64,000 bases of DNA from positions 36,022,001 to 36,086,000 of the forward strand of contig OZ076414.1 in NCBI GenBank assembly GCA_964187785.1. Reading direction: 5' to 3'. The notes below the pieces were generated by a model. It did no database searches and had not been told where the DNA came from. It saw nothing but the letters and a program-made list of their open reading frames with translations. This document shows positions 36,450 through 49,330 of this stretch, piece after piece; the first letter of the stretch is position 1, and every line of letters starts with the position of its first letter. This stretch comes from Amphiscolops sp. MND2022. Its lineage: Eukaryota. Position numbers and translations under genes: made by a program.

Positions 36450-37145
36450 TCAATGGCAAATCATGATACATGGAACGCTTGTCAAGATCATGGCAAGATC
36501 ATGGCCAGATCATGGCGAGATAACCATGACAAGACATGTGAGCTGCTTTTAATTGTATAATTTCTGCTTTTCACAAAAATTTCTTGTCGTCTCCATTTTC
36601 TGAATAAGCCGTTGTAATATCTTCGGACATAACCTTTTCCTGCAACAAAAGTGTTTTTTACACAGTAACGTATCCAAAACTTCTCAATAATGTGCAAATA
36701 TTGACCTAGTTCTGATACTTGAGAGCACGGTATTGTTACTACTATCATAATTTATCATACAAAGCAAACTTCAAATCAAGTTATTGCAACTTGCGGGTTT
36801 GTGATATCGGTGTGAGAACCATCTTTTCTAGCTATGATTTCTTAATCTTGCTAATACCTCACCTTTTGAGGTAACGTGTTGAAATTACTGAATTCGAGAA
36901 TGCAATAGAAACAAGTGCAATAAAAAATGAATATAATTAGAAAATATGAGTTACCAAAATACGGATTTGCTGTCATGGAACCCTGATCATGGTTATTCTT
37001 GACAACCTTGCCAAGATCATGGTTAGCCTTTGCACGATCTCGCGTGGCCATGGTATCCTTGCCAAGATCTTGCCATGATCTTGGCAAGACTAACAAGGAT
37101 TTTGCATTGAATCTTGGCAAGGATACCATGGCTTCGAACACTGGG
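36450..37145. repeat. Repeat with internal caagatcatgg / ccatgatcttg subrepeats (MITE-like); duplicated at 41324-42019 and partly at 59790-60160
   Basis: Clusters of (c)aagatcatggc at 36482-36530, with direct and inverted copies at 36985-37130; ends ttcgaacactggg. Confidence 0.55.
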
Positions 37146-40100
37146 GAGTTTTCTTAACAAAGTTTGAGCAAATGAAAATGTTTGAAAATTTATATCATCT
37201 TTTTTGAGGTTTAGCAACTTGCAACATGTTGAACATTCAAAAAAGGACCGACTTGGAGAGAGAGCAGAACCGTTTTTGGCGTTCACCCCGCGGAACCGGG
37301 GCAATAAATTTTTGATCTTCGAAGAGGTATGCATTTTATCCATGTTCTCTTTTATTTTCAACACAAGCGTGATCGTAAGAAAACGTTCTTCTAAATAACG
37401 CAAAACCTCCTCGTATTATTTTTGTTGTAATAACAGCATTCTTTAAGTTTCCTATTCAACAATTTTTCTGACAAAACTTTCTTGATAAATGAGCACTCAA
37501 AAGTTATAATTCCGTCGAAACAATAGTTTATGGAGTGAATATTAAAGACTCCCCTTTTTAACGCTAACTGCTCCCTTGGTACGAATTCGTACCAGATAGT
37601 TTCTACAAATTTCTAAACAAACTAGCTGACCGTATCGTAAAGAAAACTCTTAATAAAATTTTCAGACGATATTACATAGCATTGGATGCCTTTTCAAGGA
37701 AGATTGACATGCTTTCTTCCTCACAGGAGTAGGTGATTTAGATCGAAGTTTAGATTCTTTTAGCATATTGATTCTTCGAAATCATGTTGATAGAGGATGA
37801 TTCTTTTCTTGACAAATGTTGCCGTTTTTATTAAATTGCAGTTCAAAGTTGTTATTAGGAACTACAGCTTGTATTTGTAAAGTTTCAGAAGGTTTATTGG
37901 TCAAGGAGGTATTTTGGTTGAAGGTATCGGAAAGAGTGTTAATTTCAAGCGAAGTTCTTGTGCTTTTACATTTTTGAGTGTGATATCCTCGGAATCAACC
38001 ATATTGACGAGAGCGTGAAAAGGAATGGAAGGTTCATGGGAACTTGAAATATGTTTAACTTGGCGTTTATTGGCGAAATCGTTGATTTTTTTGAAGACGA
38101 CGAGTAATTATTTCATTACATTTAAGATTTATGGTGGATGGGTTTTCGATGTACCAGCCTTGTTTGACAAGAGTGTCAACTGTTAAAGCATAGTGTCGAA
38201 CATTCTCACTTTTTTCAACGATAGAAAGTGCCTCAAGTTGGGCATGATTTGCATGCTTTTGACAATAAAATTGTTTTTTGAAAATTTGGAGGAAAGATCG
38301 TTTTTAAATTCTTGAGGGAGGCGGTCATACCAATTAGAGGCAGTTCCTGTGAGGGAACAGTGAAGGAGAGAAATACCTCTGGAGTGCCAGGTTAAATAAG
38401 GTTGTATATTAAGGTGTTGAGGTCCCAGTTCAAATGTTACACGTGCGCTAAGACGAGCTAAGAGTTTTTCAGGAGGATACGTATGATCCAAGCCATCAAA
38501 AAGTTTAAAAGGATCTGAGAGAGCAGCAAAAGGAATCGAAGGAATCATTAGTAAACCAGGAGAAGAAGGTAGAGAAGTGAGAGTATTGAAAGGATGAGTA
38601 GATGTTTGAGGCGGTGGGCAAGGGTTAGGAGGAAGATTAGGAGGTTGAAAAGAAGAAACAGGGAAATTTTGAAAACTAGGATGAAGTGATGAATAAGGGT
38701 CATGAGATATGGAGCCAGGAGGTAGATTTGATGTTTGGGGAAGGTTTTGGGAAGTAGGCAAGGGAAATGGATGGTTCGAATTAGAGGAGAGAGTTTGCGG
38801 AAGAGATGTGTTAGAAGAGTGAGATTGCAATTGCGTAGTAATTACAGAGGTGAAAGAAAGAGAATTTGGATGGGAGGTTGGTGTATTTGAGAATGAAGTT
38901 GTTGGTTGAATAGGTATTGTGTTGTTATTCGCCGGTGGGGGTGTGTTTGAAGGAGTATTATATTGGAGTGTGGAATGAGAAGTAGAGGGTTGAGTAGTGA
39001 CAGGAGTTTTAGAATGAGGAATAGAATTTCAAGGAGGTAAAGGGGGTGGGTTAAGATTAGGAGGAAGATTACCAATAGGGTGTGTGTTTACTAACACAAT
39101 AGAAGTCGAAGGGATAGTTTGGCGTGAATTATGAGAATAGGTATCTGAAGCAAGCGTTTGAGGAAGGTTTGTATAACATGGTCTGACGGGGGAAGAAGTT
39201 CAAGACTTTTGTTATTACTATGAGTATCATTAGTGAGGAATTCAAAATGAGGGACGAGGAAATCAGGGAAATCATAAAAAGAAGGGTTTTGATTTTCAGA
39301 GCTGGCGATAAAACGAAGGAGTTCATCTTTAAAATATTGAGAAGCAAAATTAGTACAAGCATCTTGGAGTTTCGAATCCCAAATGAGTCAATAATTGTGT
39401 CTAAAATTTTTCTGAGAAACAAGGAGTATATTTTAAATTGTTCTTTAGTCTGAGTGTTTGAGGTGAGTTTTTGAAAGAATTGATATTGGATGTGGTGAAG
39501 AATATCTGTGACAAGCCAATGATTTCAACATGCCTCATTCTTCTACAAGAGGTTTTTCAGGAAAGTTGTGAAAATAAGTGCGATGGGAATGTAATTATTA
39601 GAGGGGTAAATGCTTTTACGAATTGTAGGTTGAAGAGGAGAGGTGAAAAGTATAGAGAAATGAGGTTCATCAGAAGTGGTAGTTAGAGAATGGGAGTCAA
39701 TGTAATAAAGATAGGAGTCGTGATTTTCACGAATATCAAAATAGTACAAATATCTTCAGGTAGGTTTCAAAATAAAGAGGAACAGTGCAGTTACAGATGT
39801 GGGTGTTGAAATGTGGGATTTTTCGCGAGAGAGGTGAGAACGGGAGGGATCGACTGCAAATGGGAACGGAATCCGAGAAAGAAACATCGGATCAGCCATT
39901 AGAATTATTGATGATGGTGAAAAATTAGTGAAATACGATCGAGAAGATCAGGATCAACACGTTGTTCAGCAGGAGGTGGTGGAGTAATAAAATGATAGAG
40001 TTTTTGGCGAAAATCGGTATAATAGGGGAGGAGTTTACGGTAGAGAAAAAAAAGAGGCAAGAAAAAGAATTAAAGAAATGAGGAGTAGTTGGAAACTTGC

Positions 40101-42875
40101 AAAGAGAGGGTGTGGATTCAAAAGAAAAAAAACATAAATGAGAGAATGAGTAAAATTAAGGGAAGTTTGGTAGAAGGCGAAAAGAGTCAACAGAAAAAAG
40201 GCAATTGTAAAAATGTGTGGAGTATTGTGAAGAGATAGGATTAAAAGTTTTTGAGTAGTGGTTAAAGACGATGGGGGTATGAGTAAGATTGATGGAGGGT
40301 GATGTTTGTTACAAGAGATTAGAGTCATGGGAACCAAAAGGAAATGGGAATTTGGTAGGGAAATGTGGGAGATTGAAAAGAAAACGAGGTGTGGGAAAGG
40401 AGAGTGGCTTAGAAGGATTAAGTTTAAATGAAAACTGTGATGAGTAGTTTTTTCAACAAGAAGCATAAGAAAAACAAGCATAGCAAAGATGTCTGAGACT
40501 GAAAGAAACATTGTAGCAAGGATTTCGGTGAGAAACATTGATTTAAAAGTGAAAACGTTGTCGAGGAAGGAAATCAATCATGAATTTGTCGACGACGAGA
40601 AAACCAATTGCAAGTAGGCCACAAAGATACAATATAATCATTAGTTCACACGGAGTCATTAGGCTTTGCAAATTCAAGTTTAATATTTATAGAAAAGAGG
40701 GGGTAAAATAGGTGTACTGACGAAAGGTCGAATCAAGAGGTTAGCACTATGAAGTACCGACAAAAGTCGAACCAAGTTGATTAGAACGAAAGAGTTGGTG
40801 TACCAGCGCGTAGCTGAATCACTTTGATAGTGATTAGTACAGAAGAAATGGTTGTACCAGATTCGAGGCTGAATCACTTTTCTATTAGTACAGACGGATT
40901 TGATGTACCGACTAAGAGATCGAATCACTTTGAATGTAGTACAGAAGGATTGATGTACCGGCATTTATGTCGAACCACTTTTGTTTGTGATTAGTACCGA
41001 AGAAATGAAGACTTTTGTACCGATTTAAAAATCTCGAATCACGTATGTGAGTAGTACAGAAAAGTGTTTGTCGAGTAGAAAAGTGAAAGAAAGAAAGAGT
41101 CGCATCAGTCTTGGTCGCATCAGTTAAAGAACTTATAGTTTTTGGATTGAAGAAGTTTCCAGATCTTAAAAAGATTATTTCAAAAGAACACTACTTTAAA
41201 GAGACGCTAACAGAGCTGCAGTATTAGGTCTTAAGGGAAGACAACTTGATTGTGAAGAGTTAGTTTCGTTGTGTCAAGATATAAATCAGAATCGTGAATG
41301 ATTGAATATAGATTACAGGTATATCAATGGCAAATCATGATACATGGAACGCTTGTCAAGATCATGGCAAGATCATGGCCAGATCATGGCAAGATAACCA
41401 TGACAAGACATGTGAGCTGCTTTTAATTGTATAATTTCTGCTTTTCACAAAAATTTCTTGTCGTCTCCATTTTCTGAAAAAGCCGTTGTAATATCTTCGG
41501 ACATAACCTTTTCCTGCAACAAAAGTGTTTTTTACACAGTAACGTATCCAAAACTTCTCAATAATGTGCAAATATTGACCTAGTTCTGATACTTGAGAGC
41601 ACGGTATTGTTACTACTATCATAATTTATCATACAAAGCAAACTTCAAATCAAGTTATTGCAACTTGCGGGTTTGTGATATCGGTGTGAGAACCATCTTT
41701 TCTAGCTATGATTTCTTAATCTTGCTAATACCTCACCTTTTGAGGTAACGTGTTGAAATTACTGAATTCGAGAATGCAATAGAAACAAGTGCAATAAAAA
41801 ATGAATATAATTAGAAAATATGAGTTACCAAAATACGGATTTGCTGTCATGGAACCCTGATCATGGTTATTCTTGACAACCTTGCCAAGATCATGGTTAG
41901 CCTTTGCACGATCTCGCGTGGCCATGGTATCCTTGCCAAGATCTTGCCATGATCTTGGCAAGACTAACAAGGATTTTGCATTGAATCTTGGCAAGGATAC
42001 CATGGCTTCGAACACTGGGGAGTTTTCTTAACAAAGTTTGAGCAAATGAAAATGTTTGAAAATTTATATCATCTTTTTTGAGGTTTAGCAACTTGCAACA
42101 TGTTGAACATTCAAAAAAGGACCGACTTGGAGAGAGAGCAGAACCGTTTTTGGCGTTCACCCCGCGGAACCGGGGCAATAAATTTTTGATCTTCGAAGAG
42201 GTATGCATTTTATCCATGTTCTCTTTTATTTTCAACACAAGCGTGATCGTAAGAAAACGTTCTTCTAAATAACGCAAAACCTCCTCGTATTATTTTTGTT
42301 GTAATAACAGCATTCTTTAAGTTTCCTATTCAACAATTTTTCTGACAAAACTTTCTTGATAAATGAGCACTCAAAAGTTATAATTCCGTCGAAACAATAG
42401 TTTATGGAGTGAATATTAAAGACTCCCCTTTTTAACGCTAACTGCTCCCTTGGTACGATTTCGTACCAGATAGTTTCTACAAATTTCTAAACAAACTAGC
42501 TGACCGTATCGTAAAGAAAACTCTTAATAAAATTTTCAGACGATATTACATAGCATTGGATGCCTTTTCAAGGAAGATTGACATGCTTTCTCCGACTTAA
42601 AAAAACAGGACCAAAAATCGAAAAAAACTCAGCGCAGATCTTACGTTTTCCCAGTTTTAATTTGTGGCCACTTTATCTTACTGGTTTCAAGATTGAGTCA
42701 AAGAGGCCATAGCATATTTTGAAACATACTGAAGGGCATTCACAGACACGAGGCGTGCAAAGTTATGGCGCAAAGTCCGGAGCCATTTTGTCGGACTTCA
42801 ATAGTTTAGGAGATATTGCGGTTTTAAGTTCAAGTAACATATTTTCAGAAGATTCCGGAATTTGCCTGGTCCACT

Positions 42876-43075
42876 NNNNNNNNNNNNNNNNNNNNNNNNN
42901 NNNNNNNNNNNNNNNNNNNNNNNNNNNNNNNNNNNNNNNNNNNNNNNNNNNNNNNNNNNNNNNNNNNNNNNNNNNNNNNNNNNNNNNNNNNNNNNNNNNN
43001 NNNNNNNNNNNNNNNNNNNNNNNNNNNNNNNNNNNNNNNNNNNNNNNNNNNNNNNNNNNNNNNNNNNNNNNNNNN
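42876..43075. other. Assembly gap (200 N)
   Basis: Run of n characters. Confidence 1.
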
Positions 43076-45892
43076 AAGATTATGCAAATTCTGCAAATTC
43101 TATATAACCCAAATAGAAATAAGCTTGGATGAGAAAGGAAGATTTAAGAAGCAAGTGTTTCCGGAACGACTTTCATTTGAAATGAAAGAGAAATATTTAA
43201 AAGTAAGAAGATATTTTTTTGTGAAAAAGAAGCAATGACATTTTGACAGGAAGAGATATAGATATGTTATAATGTGTGATTTGTAAAAAGCGAGTAAGTG
43301 GAGGCTTTTGATAAGGGATAATTCAAAAGAGCGGAACAATAAGACAAAAGAAAACGATCAAAAAAGTATCAATTTGAAAAGTGAACATCGTAATTTGTTT
43401 CCGAGGTCTAATTTAGGCTTGTCAGTTACACAGTAAGAGATAAAGTTGCATTTTGAGAGAAAAAAAGGTGAATGAAAGAAGAAAAGTTGAGAGAAAAAAT
43501 CTGTCAAAATTAATTAAAAGGAAGAAATTGTAAAAATAGAAGAATATTGATTTGAGAAGAAAGAAGTTTTTTGGAAATATTGATAAGTTTTTTTTAATTT
43601 ACCCAAAGTTGAAGAAGTAAGAAATGAAATAATGAAAATTGCAGAAGGATAGAAGGTTTAAGATGAATTTAGAAGAGGTAGGAAATGTAGGCGTTTGAAG
43701 GATAACAAGTTTTTTAAGTTGACATATATGGTGGAAAGAGTGAGAGGTTGAATATCGGTACTATGAAGGTGAAAAAGATTTTGAAGAGTACGGTAAGTTT
43801 CAACAAAGTGATTGAGGATTACAAAAGGATCGGTATTAGGAGTAGATTCAATATGTGGGCGAAGGAGATTCAGGATTTCAGTAACAAGTATGTCAGTGGG
43901 ACAGAAGAAAGAGTTTATGCAAACGTTGGGAATGACAGTTTGAAGAAGATAGGATGAGGGAATCGGTGTTACGACAGCAGTAGGAGGGGCAATTGAAGAA
44001 TCATTAGAGGAGGAATATCTTTTGGAAGAGCTTTAATAATTTATTCAGGTATACTATGCGTGGTTGGAAAGTATTTATTTAGTTTTTTGAGAATGAATGA
44101 AGAGAGTTTAGCAATGAAAAAATTCAGTTGGGCAATGGAGTGAAGTATATGGACAAGCGATGTATAAAGAGAACAAAAATTATCATCAAGGGGAGTTTCA
44201 ACAAATTTAGTAATTTTTGGAAGGAAATTGGATCATTAGTAGGTATGTTTGTAGGTAAAAGAACAAGATCATCCTCGAGATCAAGTGGTTCCTGTGGAAC
44301 GAAAAGAGGACGAATGAGGTCATGATAAGGAGAAAAGATGTAATTTTGTTTGACTGGGTCGTAGTTTCGGATTGTACCAACAGTAAAGAGGTGATTTAAA
44401 AATAGTGAGAGAGGTAAGAGAATGGAGAAATGGATTTGTGACTTTGAAATATAAAGTTTTGTTTTCTGTTTTCATGAAGTGATTTCGAGATTTCAACCGA
44501 AACGTAATCTTGGGAAGATTATGCAAATTCTATATAACCCAACTAGAAATAAGCTTGGATGAGAAAGGAAGATTTAAGAAGCAAGTGTTTCCGGGACGTT
44601 TTTCATTTGAAATGAAAGAGAAATATTTAAAAGTAAGAAGATGATTTTTTGTGAAAAAGAAGCAATGACATTTTGACAGGAAGAGATATAGATATGCTAT
44701 AATGTGGGATTTGTAAAAAGCGAGTAAGTGGAGGCTTTTGATAAAGGATAATTCAAAAGAGCGGAACAATAAGATAAAAGAAAACGATCAAAAAAGTATC
44801 AATTTTGAAAAGTGAACATCGTAATGTGTTTCCGAGGTCTAATTTAGGCTTGTCAGTTCTACAATAAGAGATAAAGTTGCATTTTGAGAGAAAAAAAAGG
44901 TGAATGAAAAAAGAAAAGTTGAGAGGAAAAATCTGTCAAAATTAATTAAAAGGAAGAAATTGTTAAAATGGAAGAATATTGATTTGAGAAGAAAAAAGTT
45001 TTTTGGAAAAATTGATAAGTTTTTTTTCTAATTTACCCAAAGTTGAAGAAGTGAAAAATGAAATAATGAAAATTGCAGAAGGAGAGAAGGTTTAAGATGA
45101 ATTTAGAAGAGGTAGGAAATGTAGGTGTTTGAAGGATAACAAGTTTTTTAAGTTGACATATATGGTGGAAAGAGTGAGAGGTTGAATATCGTTACTATGA
45201 AGGTGAAAAAGATTTTGAAGAGTACGGTAAGTTTCAACAAAGTGATTGAGTATTACAAAAGCATCGGTATTAGGAGTAGGTTCCATATGGGGGCGAAGGA
45301 GATTCAGGATTTCAGTAACAAATATGTCAGTGGGACAGAAGAAAGAGTTTATGCAAACGTTGGGAATGACAGTTTGAAGAAGATAGGATGAGGGAATCGG
45401 TGTTACGACAGCAGTAGGAGGGGCAATTGAAGAATCATTAGAGGAGGAATATCTTTTGGAAGAGCTTTAATAATTTATTCAGGTATACTATGCGTGGTTG
45501 GTTTATTTATTTAGTTTTTTGAGAATGAACGAAGAGAGTTTAGCAATAAAAAAATTCAGTTGGGCAATGGAGTAAAGTTTATGGACAAGCGATGTACAAA
45601 GAGAACGAAAATTATCATCAAGAGGAGTTTCAACTAATTTAGTAATTTTTGGAAGGAAATTGGATCATTAGTAGGTATGTTTGTTGGTAAAAGAACAAGA
45701 TCATCCTTGAGATCAAGTGGTTCCTGTGGAACGAAAAGAGGACAAATGGGGTCATGATCAGGAGAAAAGATGTGATTTTGTTTGACTGGGTCGTTGTTTC
45801 GGATTGTACCAACAGTACAGAGGTGATTTAAGAATAGTGAGAGAGGTAAGAGAATGGAGAAATGAATTTGTGACTTGGAAATATAAAGTTTT
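43076..45892. repeat. Tandem duplication with ~1.44-kb period in the 3' accessory region of copy 2
   Basis: agattatgcaaattct...gaaatataaagttttg at 43077-44461 and 44516-45892; paired ORFs 43100/44530 and 43748/45182. Confidence 0.9.
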
Positions 45893-46899
45893 GAGGGTGT
45901 TTTTGTTCAAGAAAAAGTTTATAGGTTTGGTGGTGAGGCTTTTTGACTAAAAGAGCTGTGGTGATATCGTTGGAGTTAGTTTTAAGATCATGTTGTGTAG
46001 GTTTGAGAAAGTTGAATTGGAATTGGAAGAAACGAATACGGTTTTTTGCCAGGTTGAGAGTTGTTCAAGATTTTTAAAGGCATATGCAACATAGTAGTCA
46101 AAGTTTTCATCTTTAAAAGTAGTAGGAGTCGTATGAAGAGAAGTGAGATTGGCTTTAAAATTGGGCTGAGTTCGAAGAAATTCATCAGTCATAGTACTGG
46201 ATTGAGAAGGATTTTTTTACTGCGTTTAATACAGGAGGAAGAATACCAGATTCAATGAAGACTGGATCTTCGAGGATCTTGGTGGGAACGGTTTAGGTGG
46301 CATTGTCAATAGTTATTTGGAGATTATTAGGTGGAGGAGTAGGTGAGTGACGAGTTTCAAGATTAGAAGGGGTAGGTTGAGTATTTACAATTGGAGTATT
46401 GGAAGAGGAAGGTTTAATTCCAATGGTGGGTTCAGGAGTTGTGATGACTTCTACATCATCTTCTCATTTTGTGAAGTTATATTGAGATGTGAATGAGTAT
46501 ATACGAACTAATCTTTTCTAATATTCAAAGATTTATCATAGAGTCGATGTGTGCTGTGTAGTGAGAATGATGTGAGATATAGAGGGTAGGTGATTTAGAG
46601 ATTACATATGCAGCGAGAAAAAAACTATTGTAAAAAGAACTTTGATGGATGATTGAAAAAATGTCTTTTGAAAAGATGAAACGAAAGCAAGAGTAGAGAT
46701 TCGAGAAAGAGCGACCGATCGATGAGAATAAAAGAAGGAGAATGATAGGGTGAGGATGAGAAATTGATAATGAATTCGAGTTAAAATAGTCCAGACCTGA
46801 TGAATAAACTTTGGCGGGACTTTTGGGTGGAGTGATTATACAATTAACAGATAATAATGGGATGCCAATGTATTTCATGGGTGGTGGAGTAGGAGGATA

Positions 46900-49330
46900 A
46901 GTTTTAGTTGATTGCCATACAATGTGGACAGTGGAGTTATTAGAGGAGTTGTCAATATTGGTATCATCAGGAGGTATGGAATTAAGTGAATAGGAAGGAG
47001 AAGACAATGAAGGTAACTGGGAGTGTCGAGCTGAAAAATTATTAGGTGGATTACTATGTGAATTGGAATTAGGAGGAAGGAGTGAAGTATTGTCAGTTAA
47101 TGGAGGAGTGGTATTAGGAGGATACGGTAGGGAAATTATAAGTGAGGAGGATTTCTTAAGCGTTGTTTTTTTATTTGGTGATCTGTGCATGGTATTTCTA
47201 TTTTTGAGATTTAAGATTTTAGATTTGATGTTAGGTTTCTATTTGCGAGATTTTATATTGTTGTGTTTAGTTTTATGTCGTGAAAGGGACGAAGTGTCAG
47301 AATCATTTCAGTCTGAATTAGAATCAGGTGGTTTTATAATAGCAGTCATCTTTGTTTTAGTTACTGTTCCAAAAAAGCCATAACCAAAAGCAGAAACAAA
47401 AGAGATTTGTTTTTTGATTGAATTTTTTTAACATTAAAGGAGCGATATAAACTAAGGAATGTTTCGAAAGCAAACTGGAGAACAAGAACAGTGGAAAAGT
47501 AAATTCCACATTGAGTTAAAGTATAGCATGGCTAGCCCAAGAGTTTAATGAATTCATCGATGAACTATTCAGGTGAAACGAAAGGAGTTAAGTTTAACAG
47601 ATAGTCATGAAGACCAATTCGGAGTGATTTATAAGGAATTTTTGGGAGAAGTTCAGAGGATTGGTTCTTCATAAATGCATAACTAACTGCTTTACCTAGA
47701 AGTTGTAAGATATTGTCTGAGTGTTTTGTAAATAAAACTCGATTCCAGAAGTGTTTGTGTTCTTTTTGAGAATAAATACATGCATCTTGGGAAGTAATAA
47801 TGTTTGGGCTAATAGGATTTTGAATTTGAGTTGTTTAAAATAATAGAGTAGGGTCTTTAATAGGTTGTGGAGTTAAGACATATTATTGATCGGTATCAGG
47901 ATCAGGAGCAATAACATTTTGTGGGTTATTTTAACATGGAGTTTGATTTGCATAATTAAATGTTCGACGTGTAATTTTATCAACATACATAACAGGGTCA
48001 ACACAGGAGACGGGGTTTTACTATAACATTGTTCAGCTATATACAAAGCAGAGAGGTGGTGAGGACAATCATAAAGCCAGGCAGTAGAACCTTCAACATA
48101 TAAGAAATTACTACGATTTTGGGTAAGGAGAAAACCAGCAAGTTGTGGATTTTTAACGGACATTGCGAGAATGGTTCAAAGTTGGGTTCTTTCATTTTCA
48201 CAAATAGTGTGAAGAGTATTCAATTCGGCAACATAGTATGTCTTATAGACCTGGTTAAAAGAATAATCAGTTTTTGTGTTTTTGTGAGCTTCATATTCAA
48301 TAGTGGCAAAAGTTTTAGAGGAGTTCAGGGCAGGAAAAAGGAGTTTATTTTGAGTATGTACGAGTTTACCAGAAATAGGTTGAGTAGAGAGTTTGGTAAA
48401 TTATTTATCTTCAGGGAGTTAAAGGGGATTGCGTTTACCAGTATGCATATTGAATCCTTATTCATATGTAATAAAGAGATCAGGATATTGATTAGTATAT
48501 AATGATGTCGGTTTATTACAAACCATTTTACTTCCAGGGAAAATTTCAAGAGAGAGTCGAGTTTGAGATTTAGTCATGGTAAGGAGTTTCAGATAAATTA
48601 TGAGATTTTTAATTTACACATACGTCCAATAAAGGAGTGAATGGAGATGATTAAACATAGGTCCAAACAATTGTGAAAGGGGTTGAAAGTAAGTTTGCAA
48701 GAACCATCATCGTGGAGGCAAGGTAAAGTATGACCATGATAAATTAACTTGTCTTTATCATCATATGTTGATTCAATTACTGTCTTTTTCGATTATATAT
48801 TCATAGCGATCCCAACATACAGCTTTTTCATTAAGCGTTGAATTTAAAAAGTTGAGAGTTAGTTATCCAAGCAAAAGCACCATAGTGAAATGTATTAAGT
48901 TTAGTTATTCGAAAAGGAGGTTGTTTAGTTTCCAGGAGGCGTTTTGTTTGAATATCATCAAAAAAGGTAACGGAGTTACTGTAATCAAAAGCATTAGTAT
49001 AAGGGATATCAGTGCCATTTAGGAACGGATAGCATGTTTGCATTCCGTGGGGTCTAAAGTACGAGGGCGTTCCATAGTAATTTGATGGTTATCAGTATGA
49101 TCATGGCGGCGATATTTTTACTCGGATTGGGCACAAACATATACATTTTTCGCGTTTGACTTAAGCTTCACGAGTCCAAGCTTTGAGGCGTTTAGCTTTA
49201 GCCTGGACAAAAACGTTAGCAATAGCACGAGTGATTTCAAATGCTGAAGGGGCTTGAGTACAAGGTTGTACTCGGGTTAAACTAAAATGGCGGAGGTTGT
49301 GTTGTTTGGAACAATCATAGTGAGAGACTA
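46900..49330 (-). pseudogene. env: Class III fusion glycoprotein-like env of copy 2, frameshifted
   Basis: LYVEGSTAWLYDCPHHLSALYIAEQCYSK (ORF 47873-48163); RHDHTDNHQITMERPRTLDPTECKHAIR at ~49030-49110. Confidence 0.7.

Larger units (their letters stand above)
32850..42591. repeat. Near-identical tandem duplication of ~4.87 kb (32850-37717 and 37725-42591) with a 7-nt junction filler
   Basis: Identical ORFs offset by 4874-4875 nt (e.g. 33308/38183, 36488/41362); only scattered SNPs and 1-nt indels; junction reads gacatgctttct-tcctcac-aggagtaggtg. Confidence 0.97.

Noticed and set aside
36851-37403. ORFs of 96-126 aa over the caagatcatgg repeat
   Set aside because: They arise from a repetitive non-coding element and have no protein motifs
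42719-43132. ORFs spanning 42719-43132
   Set aside because: Artefacts of translating through the N gap
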